This document shows, one piece after another, positions 38,401-50,400 of a DNA stretch of 64,000 nt. Source of the DNA: Octopus bimaculoides (Eukaryota). Every line of letters begins with the position of its first letter. The first letter of the stretch is position 1. Where the stretch lies: NCBI RefSeq assembly GCF_001194135.2, contig NC_068982.1, positions 3,768,946 through 3,832,945 on the forward strand, read 5' to 3'. Below the pieces are notes generated by a model. The model was not told where the DNA came from. It searched no databases and worked only from the letters and a program-made list of their open reading frames with translations. The translations under genes and the position numbers were made by a program.

Positions 38401-41400
38401 CCACCTCTGTTCAGCTTAACTCTTTACTGCATGTTATGTCACAGATGGCCTACACTATGGATCTAAATCTTAGAAATTATCTTAATAGAAAAGAACCTCT
38501 ACATTAGTAGTTCTCAACCATTTTTTGTACCTATGAACCTCCTTGGTTCTTATTTTATTCTACTGGAGCCCCATAGACATTCAGTGTCTATTATTAGGAA
38601 TTGTATAAAAAAAATTGTTAAAATATTTTGTGTATCGTAAAAGAATAACTAATTTATTGCTCATAAATTTTAACAGCAAGATCTTCTGTGAACCCCCAAG
38701 GGCCATGTGGTCTGTGATTGAGGACCACTGCTCAACATGCTCATTCAAACTGCTAGAAATATCACCAAATATCCCTCACATATCACCCAAGTGTCTTAAA
38801 AAAGAAAGAATACACTTGTCAATGTATAAAATACACTGTGTCTGGAAAATAAAAGCCAGAAGATCAGAGGTGAAACAACTCTGATGTTAAGACTCCCACA
38901 TCGGATTTAACCAAGAACTAAACAAATTAGAGTTGAACATTTTTTTTTAGAAAGCAATATTGTACCTACTCTCTTGTTTCTACATCAAATAATTATCAAA
39001 TAAAAGAATGGCTCTTCCTAAACTTTACTAAAACACTCATATTAGGAATTTGGATTCTTCTTACCTTGGAGTTAAAGGACTGAGGGAAGAAAAATTAAGA
39101 CGGTTGCCACTACTGAGGTACTGTCCGCGACTGGCACGCAAAGATTGAATTCCTTGGTGAAAGGAACTATCTGTACTGCTAGGTGGGCTCAAGGCATCTG
39201 GCGTCATTAGTTTGTCTGCTGGCAAGGGAGACTCGAACTAGAAAACAAAAACCATTTTAATGATGTAATGTATACAAATCACACACGAAAACATAAAAAG
39301 GCAAACATGAGATAATCAAGTGGTCAGAAAGCAATCTTATAAGCCGTTCCTTTTTAATTGTACTTCAAAGGTGACAATTTATACAACAGCAAAAAGCTGG
39401 CTTCTTAACCACATGGTTCAGGGTTCATCACTACTACACCTTCAGGTCAACCAAAACCTTGTGAATGGATTTAGCAGACAAAAACTGAAAGAAGTCTGTC
39501 ATATATATGTATATATATATATAACTGTGTGTGCATGTCTTTGTGTCAGTTTGTTCCTACCACTTGACAATTGGTGTTGGTGTGTTTACGTCCCTGTAAC
39601 TTAGCAGTTCAGCAAAAGACACTGATACAATAAGCATCTGGTTTTAAAAAATAAATTAGTACTACGGTCAATTCGTTTGATTAAAAACTCTTCAAAGTGC
39701 TTACCCCAGCATGGCCACAGTCTAATGACTGAAACAAGTAAAAGATAAAAGATGCTGGTTTTGTTGAAATGTTTTTATATTTTTTACTGTCCTAGTGAAG
39801 AATTCTGGGAAATATGCTGCAGGTTAAATAACACAACAACATCAAAAACAAAAAAGAAGTGAAGAAATGTTGAACCAAGTGAAATCGTAGTCGTGGCCTG
39901 ACTGGCACCCATACCAGTGGCACATAAAAAGCACTATTTGAGCATGGCTAATGCCAGTGCCACCTGACTGGCACCTGTGCTGGTGACACATAAGCACCAT
40001 TTGAGCATGGCTAATGCCAGTGCCACCTGACTGGCACCTGTGCTGGTGACACAGATAAGCACCATTTGAGCATGGCCAATGCAAGTGCCGCATGACTGGC
40101 ATGTAAAAAGCACCATTTGAGCAAAGTCAATGCCAGTGCCACCTGACTGGCACCTGTGCTGGTGACAGATAAGCACCATTTGAGCATGGCCAATGCAAAT
40201 GCCGCATGACTGGCATGTAAAAAGCACCATTTGAGCAAAGTCAATGCCAGTGCTGCCTGACTGGCCCTCGTGCCAGTGGAACATAAAAAGCACCCACTAC
40301 ATTCTCAGAGTGGTTGGCATTAGGAAGGGCATCCAGCTGTAGAAACCTGTAGATCAGATTGGAGCCTGGTGCAGCCTCCTGGCTTGTCAGTTCCCAGTCA
40401 AACTGTCCAACCCATACCAGCATGGAAAGCAGACGTTAAACGATGATGGTGATGTGTAGAATGGTGTTAAACTGCAAAATAATCTGAACTTACCTTACAA
40501 ATTCCTGCAGGTGTACAGTCTGACACTGGAGTAATGCTGTCCTGAGAACTAGGGATTATGTGAGGAGACTGGTGTAATTGCATCAATTTTAATTTTCCAT
40601 CTGGAGGTTGGTAAAAAGGATTGGTGCTGTGGATAGGTGTAGACTGAGGAAAGGGGACTTTGGGTGGCTGGAAGATCTTTGTAACATCAACTTTTTCACC
40701 TGATAAAAATAATTTCAACATGCCATTAAAAATGAAAATTTATGCTTTTCATATAAAATCTAAAGCTGAAACTTTAAGAGAGTTTGTGCCTCCCCTCTGT
40801 TGTTCTCCATCATTAAACACCTTACTTATCTGCTATTACTATCAATGCTGTCACATATCTGCCGTAACCCATCCCTGAGCCTCTCCTATATTTGACTTCA
40901 TCATTTGCCTCACTCACCTCTACCCTAACAAACCACACAATCCAAACCTCTGTATCACCCCACTTCTTCTCACCACCCCCAATCTCCCTCGAGGGTATGT
41001 CCCAACTCATCTTCACCACCATCATCTCTTACTATTGCTCTTTTTATCCACCCTCCTTTCTTTTTCAACCGAAGCCTTCGTGTAACTACTCTACAGCAGA
41101 ACACCCACTCCTGTCCCTCCAGACCTTTAATCTCTCATCAACTGGCACAAAGCCACCACCACCACCACCTTCACTACTACTCCCTCCTCTCAGCTGAGAG
41201 GGTTTCCGTCTTGCAGGTTACTTAGTGACCCTGTCAGTACCACTAGTGCCATGTAAAAAGCACCCAGTACACTGTGAAGTGGTTGCTGTTAGGAAGGACA
41301 TCCAGCCATTAAAGCCAGGTCAAAACAGACGAGTGGAGCCTGCTGTGGCCTCCAGCCTTACTAGCTTCTGTCAGACCATCCAACCCATGCCAGCATGGAA

Positions 41401-44400
41401 AACAGGAGTTAAATGATGATTATGATGATATCTACATCATCATCGTCGTCGTTTAACGTCCGCTTTCTATGCTGGCATGGGTTGGATGGTTTGCTGGCAA
41501 GCCAGAAGGCTGCACCAGGCTCCAATCCGATCTGGATGCTTTTCCTAACGCCAATGGATGCCCTTCCTAACGCAGGATAAAAATAAAACAACAAACTATT
41601 AAGATTTTCTGTTTAGCTGGCATCATCGCTGCTTAAGAGGCTCTAGTGAAAACAATAGCTATGGTTAAAACTGAGAAATGGAAATTCAAAATACAGTTGC
41701 TAAAGGAGGCAAAAATATTTTTCTTTCACTATATAAAGGATAAACCATAAGAAATGTAATGATGTAAGATAATCCAACATGAATAATGAGTGTGGGACAA
41801 CTACATTGACTAAAGAAGAATGAAGCAAATGTGACATTGTGGATTTGCAATGTTGACTTATATAAAAAGGCTGAGCACAAAGAAAGCCATTGATTGATGT
41901 GTGCAAGTAAAATGGTTGACCTGCTTTGAACATCATCTTACATCCACTTTCCATTCTATGTTTCCAGTGTTAAGACTTGCTGTAGTTTTTGAAGTTGCAT
42001 CAATATCTGCCCATACATGACACCAGCACATGCAGGAAATAAAAAAACATGGAGTTATTCTTCAAAATAAAATCCCTGGTGGACATTGTAGAAAGAATGT
42101 TTTTTAAGTCCTACTAAAAGTGAGAGAAAAGGCTTTCCAAAGACAAAGGAAAGGTATGGTACAACGGCTACAGTTTCAACAATTATGTTAAGGCAAGCCC
42201 ACAAAAGGGGATAGGAAAGTCTGGAAGATCAACGCCATAGATATTGGGTACCAAAGTGGATTTAAACACAAAAAAAATGGTGGTGCAAGTGAATTTATCC
42301 TAGAGTACAATGTGGTACAGAAATTCTCACTTTTGTCCTTGCATACACTTATAGGTGTCCTCAACACTTACTTATAAAACTGTAGTTCTCATCATCAGGT
42401 CGAACTTATTTGTTGTTATGTATAAAATTCTCTTTTGTGCTGATGCCACATAAAAAGCAGCCAGTACATTCTGGAAAGTGGTTGGTGTTAGGAAGGGCAC
42501 CCAGTTGTAGAAATCATGCCAAAACAGACACCTGTGCTGGTGGCATAAAAGGGACCAATCGAGTGTGGTCGATGCCAGTGCCACCTGACTGGCTCCTGTG
42601 CCAGTGGCACATAAAATTGTCATGCCAAAACAGACAATTAGAGTGTGGTGCAGCTTTCCATCTGGCCAGCTCCTGTCGAACCACCCAACCCAGCACGGAA
42701 AACAGACATTAAATGATGTCGTCCATCAATTTCCCCATCAATAGGGTTCATGAGGTCAGCAGGACAACAATGTGTGTGCATAGAGAGCTGGTTGATGAAA
42801 AGTTTTGCTGAATGGCTGACTGTTCATAGGAGTTTATCACTAATGATTGTTTGCTTCACTCTTACACAATATCATACAAAATCTCACACATCAAATTCTT
42901 CACTGTCATCCGATCTCTTTGAACAATATCACAAGTTCAAGGACCATTCTTACTTTTCTGATGTTGTCTTCTCAATAAGTGCAGTAGCAATATTTAAAAT
43001 GAACAAAAATCAACACTCGTCATCATCATCATTTAACATGTTTCCCATGCTTGGACAGTTTGACAGAAGCTGGTAAACTGGAGGGCTACACCCCACTCAA
43101 GTCGGCTATTTTGGCATGGTTTCTATGGCCGGATGCCCTTCCCGGTGCCAACCACTCTACAAAGTGTACTGGGTCCTTTTCATGTGGTATCAGCATGGGT
43201 GCTTATATTTTTGAAGCCATAGTTTGGTCAATCACATAGAAACTGTGATAACAGACAAGTGTCACAGTAACAACAATCAGAAAAGGGATGTTGTTCATCA
43301 TTGTCATCATCATCATCTAACGTCCGTTGTCCATGCTGGCATGGGTCAGACAGTTTGACCAGGGCTGGCCAGCTGGAAGGCTGCACCAGACTCCTGTCTC
43401 ACTTGGCATGGTTTTCTATGGCTGGATGCCCTTCCTTAATGCCAACCACTCTGAGAGTGAGACAAATCACAATTAAAAAAGGTGAACTAATCACATGGCT
43501 GAAAGGAAATTTGCTGCTGATTGCATACAAAGACAAGAGACAAGTTATTTTTCTAGCCAAGTAAAATGACGACGATAATGACAAATATTGGACAAGAGCT
43601 CGTTAAATATTGGTATTTCATTTGGTTTTTTTTTTAGTCATTTAACAGACTACGGCCATACTGGTAGAATTTTTAGTCAAACAAATCAACCCCAGTGTTT
43701 TAAGTGTTGTACTTATTCAATTGGTGTCTTTTTCCAAACCACTAAGCTACAGGGATGTAAACATACAAACCACGGTTGCCAAGTGGAGGACGAAGACAAA
43801 CACAAAGAGACACACACACATATATATGACAGGCGTTTCAGTTTCCATCTACCAAATCCACTCACAAGGCTTTGATCAGCCCAAGTCTATAGCAGAAGAC
43901 ACTTGTCCAAAGTGCCACACACTGGGACTGAACCAGGAACAACCATGTGGTTGGGAAGTAAACTTCTTAAAACACAGCCATGTTTGCACCTAAAATTTTA
44001 ATAATTTAATATATTTTACTTAATTTACCAGTAATTAAGTAGTTTTGAGACAAAAATTCCAGAGTATAGATTTATGTAAAAACCTTTTATTAGTTTATGT
44101 CCCAAATTCCACTTTTGTAAATATAGAAAAAAAAAATTGAAGCTTTTTAACAAAAGCAGTCTAAATTCATAATTTTGTTAGAATTTAATTAATATATTAA
44201 ACAGTCTGAAATACAGTAACGGAAATGTTGCATTGCAATGAACTTAATGAGAACTCTGACCCCAAGATTGAAAAAAGCTAAAAAAATTTTAACTACCAGA
44301 TTACACCTTGATAAAAAAAAAAACAATCTACATATTTAGTCAACAATAACAGCCTTTCATACAAACATGTGAGGTATTTTGCTTTTGNNNNNNNNNNGAG

Positions 44401-47400
44401 GTATTTTGCTTTTGCTCAATAATTTGGCTGAGTCTCACAAGGATTAGTAACCATACAAGATAAAAAAAAAAAAAAAAGAGCTGCTTACCTAGACTGCAGA
44501 GTTTAGCAAATGAAGACCATAATAAAGGGTTTAGTTTTAAACTTTTTTGATAACATTCTGAAGCATGTGAAAACCGCTCAGTTTTACTGAAATTGAGAAC
44601 AAGAAATATGGGATTAGAGAAAATGCAGCTAAAAGATATGCCACATGCCAAGCAGTTAAATCTTAAAAATTGAGTCAATAAAAAACAGAAGTTAAAATTT
44701 GTAGCAGCAACAGAAACCAATATAAAAAAAAAAAGGTTCGAAACATGTAAACAGCTTACTATTAAGACAATCCAATGTTGCCTAATTGGCTTCCATGCCA
44801 GTGGTGTGTAAAAAGCACCATTTGAGGGTGACTGAAGCCAATGCCACCTGACTGGCACCCATGCCAGTGGCATAAAAAGCACCATTCAACCATGGGCAAT
44901 GCCAGCGCCGCCTGACTGGCTCCTGTGCCGGTGGCATGTAAAAAGCACCATTCAAGTGCAGCCTAACTGGCACCTGTGCTGGTGGCATAAAAGGGACCAA
45001 TCGAGTGTGGTCAATGCCAGTGCCACTTGACTAGCTCCTGTGCCAGTGGCACATAAAAAGCACCTGCTACACTCACGGAGTGGTCGGCATTAGGAAGGGC
45101 ATCCAGCTGTAGAAACCATGCCAGATCAGATTGGAGTCTGGTGCATCTTCCTGGCTTGCAAGTCATCAGTCAAACCATCCAACCCATGCCAGCATGGAAA
45201 GCAGATATTAAATGATGATGATACTAAACTACTGATCACATAATCAAGAGTTTAACAATTGTGTAATGCGTTTGGACAAAGCAAATCACTGAGCTTTCTT
45301 GTGCAATAGACTGACAAAAACAAAAAAATTCATTCTTAATTTCACTGCTGAGCAGTTAGTAGCAAGAAAGGACATTAGCATTTACATGGAGATAACATCC
45401 TTATCTTTAAATAACTGCAACATCAAATCTGAACTGGTTTGTTAACCTAAGTAGAGTTACATGTTTTATATAGGAAAACAAGAGTAGATATTCTTTTTTA
45501 CTCTAGGCACAAGGCCTGAAATTTTGGGGGAGGGAGCCAGTCAATTAGATCAACTCCAGTACATAACTGGTACTGAATTTATCGACCCAGAAAGGATGAA
45601 AGGCAAAGTCAACCTTAGCAGAATTTGAACTCAGAACGTAAAGACAGACGAAATACCGCTAAGCATTTTGTTCAGCGTGCTAACGTTTCTGCCAGCTCAC
45701 AGTCTTACAACAGAGTAGATAATTACGTGACCAGAATATCAATATTCAAGCATTTTAACATAACAATTATTGTACCTCATTGTTAAAACAAATGCAATAA
45801 TGGTAAAAAAAAATATCCACAACTGGAAACAGAAAAAAAAATCCAAGTAAAATGAAGGAGTTGATGAAAAGGATTATTATTGCGCTTCCTGTGATGTAAA
45901 TACTGGGAAAATCAAATTACCTATAAAGATTTCCTAATAAGCTAAATACATGGCAGGCCACTGGACCATATTCCACTTCAATTTCTTCAAATGTTTTGCT
46001 CTTCGAGACAGCATTTCCAACCAAGAGCTCTTCAGCTTCTGATAATCTAAAAATGGACACAAAATTTTTAATCAAATTTATCTTCAAAACAGAATTTTTT
46101 TCACATTTCAAGTGTTGCATAATGAATTATTCCTACATTTCAATGTTAATAAAATAAAAAAGACTACCGAAAATGAAAGGAAACACTTCACAGTTCCTTT
46201 GCCAAAAGAATGACTAATACAATACACAAACTATTTCGGTTGCTCAATCTACACACTAAATTTGAAGAACACTAATTCTGAAAAGACTGATATGAAATAC
46301 AGTAAAAGTAGAAGAAACGATTGATAGCTTGAAAAAAGTTGCCTTCAATTCAAACAAGTCAGCAAAACAATTCTCAACACCTCAACCCATACAATGACTT
46401 ACATATTATACAATATGTCCCTCGCTATATCGAGGTTTATTATTTAAGCTTACGTTGATTCCTCTGGTGTTGTTTTGCATTTATGATAAAATAAATATAT
46501 ACAGATTATAAAAATAATTTTTAAAAAATATACAGTACTGTTTCCTATTTCTTTCTTGCCCACTAGGGGCTAAACGTAGAGGGTACAAACAAGGACAGAC
46601 AAAGGTATTAAGTCGATTACATCGACCCCAGTGCGTAACTGGTACTTAATTTATCAACCCGAAAGGATGAAAGGCAAAGTCGACCTCAGCGGAATTTGAA
46701 CTCAGAATGTAGCAGTAGACAAAATACCGCCAAGCATTTTGCCCGGCATGCTACCATTTCTGGCAGCTTACCACCTTTATATACAGTACTGTTTCTACTT
46801 CACACGTTTTCACCTATCGCAGGGTGGTACATAATACCTGCAATAGGCAGGGGATTGCTGTAATGCCAAAATGTCATCGATAAGAACAAACAGAATAACC
46901 CAGCTCCAAATATACAGAAGTAAATCTTCTTGAGTGTTCCTCTTTTATGATTATACTCCACTGACAACAAAGTATTTCAACCATTCACCACAACATATGG
47001 CCGTATGAACATATTCCCCTCTTGTGCACCATCACCTGCAGTGCGTGTGTGACCAAGATGTATAATGCAGTCCACCAAGTCGTGAGAACGTACAGTAGGG
47101 TGGAAGAGGTCACTGCTGAGCAGAAAGTACAGAGTAAAAGCCTAACTGTTGCTAGTTATAATACCTTAACAAGAAGTCTTAAGTGGTACCCTTATAATTT
47201 CAAAAATAAAAAGGTCCATCTATAAGCCTATAAGCTTATTAGACCAAAGTTTATTCCAGTTTCTGGTTAATCCCGGCTGCCATTAGTAGTCATAATATGA
47301 AATGAAGTAACTTGCTCAAGGACAAACGTGCCAGTCAATCCAGAAATTGAACTCCCAACCTAACAATTATGAGCCCAACATCTTAACCCCTATGAATGCC

Positions 47401-50400
47401 CCAAAAGCACAAAGGTTTTAATACATTTCACAAAACAACAAATTTTGAGAAATCCCTTTTGGATAAGAGGAGAGATGCCAAAAAAAGACCTACCTATCAG
47501 TATCAAAGCAACATTTTGCCAAAAGGTACTTGCACTGAGCCGTGTGGCACCCACGGGACTGCAACAGTAAATAAGACTGAACAGGTTTCCCTGCTCGATA
47601 ATAGCAGGTAGCAAGAAGATACAAAGACTCATCGTTTGCAACTGAAAGAGAAACGTTAATAATTAACAATTAATAGTGAATGCATGAAATTAGTTGAAAA
47701 GCTTAACAATTCTATCAAGACTAATTATTCTTAGATATTAAGAGATGAAATTTCCAAAGAAAGATTAAAAACATTGAAATGGTACCTTCTGAAAATAATC
47801 TTTCAGCCAAAAAAGTAGCATCAGTAACTGCATAGTTGTTCAGAGCGTCCCAGATCGCAGCCTGAAACACAGAATGGATAGGTGAATATAATTTTCACAC
47901 AGGGAGGAGGATAAAGGAGCTTTGCAAGAAAGTATATCACAGACCCTCTAAGTCAGTGGTTCTCAACTAGGGTCCACAAGACGGAGGGGCGTGTAAAATT
48001 TTGTTATTAAAAATCTATGTACAATAAACTGGTTACACTTTTACAAGGGCCTCACGGAGGCAAAGTTTCTTTCAAGTGTTGGGCGTCACGGAGACAATGA
48101 TGAATGACCGAGACCTTGGCATGTCGTGCTTGAGAAGAAGACCTATCAAGCTGAGCAAAATCAGTCATAGCAGATACCAGTGTCATGCAAATGGCACCCA
48201 TGCTAGTGGCACGTAAAAGCACCCATTGCACTCTCAGAGTGGTTGGCGTTAGGAAGGGCATCCAGCGGTAGAAAACCATGCCAAATCAGACTGGAGTCCG
48301 GTGCAGCCTTCCAACTCACTAGCCCTGGTCAAACCTTCCAACCCATGCCAGCATGGACAACAGATGTTAAATGATGTTTAATTTTTTTAAATACAATTTC
48401 TAATATTTCATTCTAAAAATATAAGGTTTTTAAGCATCAAATGGCTATGGGGGTCCAATATAGCAAAATAGGAATCAAAGGGGTCGATAGGTCAAAAATG
48501 GTGAGAAACACTACTCTAAACAATAGTCATGGCATGTAGAACAGAGCAAAGCTACAGAGATGTTTAGAATATACCATGATAAGAAAATCTATGCTCAGTC
48601 TTAGAGTTGTATTAGTGATATTGAATCTGGAAAGGATTCCTGCTGGCATTAACATGAGCAGTTACAGTAACTGAAGGAGATGTGGTCAAATTGTATTTGT
48701 CTAATGCAAAAACAAAATGTTGGCCAGATTAGGAAAGTAATATCCGTAAGGAATTTAAAATGAAAGGCTTTGGAATTTAATTTGCTACAAAGAATGATGA
48801 AAGTTGGAGTTACTACCACTTCACTAATCAGATTCAATGGCATTGTCTTTCCAAATTGAAAATTTCTATAGAACGGTGTGCTACAAGGAAATATACTGTT
48901 AAGTACAGACAACTAGTTGACACTATCAAATAAATATCACAATTAATGATTTCAGGACATAAACTAAGATGAACAATGGTTCATCAACAACTCTCATCTA
49001 TTACAATGGGAAATTAATGTTAAGATAACCTCTTTCATAAATCCACATATAATTTACAATAGATTTTGTAAATCCCATTCACAATATGAACTACTGCCAT
49101 ATTTCACAATAAACACTGTCTCATTCTAAAGACAATCTGACTAATGCTGATGATGGCTCCAATGATAATATCAGCATTTCAGATCCAGAAGATAAGGTCA
49201 CATAGTTTAATGGTAATAAAGGTAACTAAGACAATAGGATATCATGAGAATAGATGATATCTATGTAGAAATATGTATGTACAGTTGGATATAACCAGAA
49301 TAGAAGCCAAACAAGAGAAAGTATAAAGCAATTAGAATTGGTCAGAGGAGGAAGGGCGCCAGACCAGTCCTGATCGTGCAGACATGATCAAAGATGTTCA
49401 AAGTGTGAGACCAACTCATCCTTTTGTATATTCATGACATTTTTTAAGATAGTAACATGTAATTTAAGATTTAACTACTGTTTCTAGCAGGTTGAATAAC
49501 CATGTAGAGGCTTCTTATTGACAGGAGTTAAACAGATGAAGTGAACAAAGGAAATTAACATGGCTGGAGAAGAGTAATTCAGTGAAGGAGAAAAGCAATA
49601 GAAACAAACTGGGAAGTAACTAAAAACATGGTTAAACATATAAAGGCAGAAATCTATGCTATAGTATATTTCTGTCTTTATATCATTTAAATAAACCTAA
49701 TTATGAAGTGAATTTCATCATCATGTATCTAAGTTCAATCCCTGTCTTCATATCTGAGAGAGACAGAACACTGTCACAAATAGCCCCAGGATTCCATCAG
49801 GAAATGAGAGCCTACCAGCCAGCCAGCCACACACACGTCTGCATATGCATATATGGCTTCACCAAGGCAATGATTAGTGACTGAGACCTTTGGAGATATG
49901 CTGTGCTTGAGAAGACCCGGCAAGCCAAGTGGGACCATAACCCATGGCCTATGCCAGCGGTGTATAACCAGCCCACTTATGAGTACCCTTCATTCATTGG
50001 ACAATAAACTTTGCTTGCGAAGACCTGTTGAGGCAAGTGAAATCAAAATCGCAGACATGGCCAATGACAGTACTGCCTGATTGGCACTCGTGCCAGTGGA
50101 ATGTTAAAAGCACCATCCAAGCGTGATCGTTGCCAGGGCCGCTGACATGTAAAAAATCACCATTTGAGCATGATCATTGCCAGTGCCGCCTTACTGGCAC
50201 GTGAAAGACAACATTCAAGCGTGGTTGTTGCCAGTGCCGCCGGTCTGGCTCCTGTGCAGGTGGCACGTAAAAAAGAGTGGTTGGTGTTAGGCAGGGCATC
50301 CAGCTGTAGAATCTTTGCGAGATCAGATTGGAGCCTGGTGCAGCCTCCTGGCTCGCCAGCCCTCAGTCAAACCATCCAACCCATGCTAGCACGGAAAGCG

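Noticed and set aside
40494-40503. Tandem donor GTAAG-GTAAGT at the end of exon 6
   Set aside because: The upstream site would shift the frame by 5 nt; the downstream site has the better consensus and the correct phase, and nothing supports dual use.
44370-44415. 17-bp direct repeat gaggtattttgcttttg
   Set aside because: Flanks a 10-N gap; an assembly overlap artefact rather than a TSD.
46930-47180. Possible intronic snoRNA (TGA/CTGA words in a GC-richer patch)
   Set aside because: No convincing C/D box pair with a terminal stem, and no H/ACA fold by eye.
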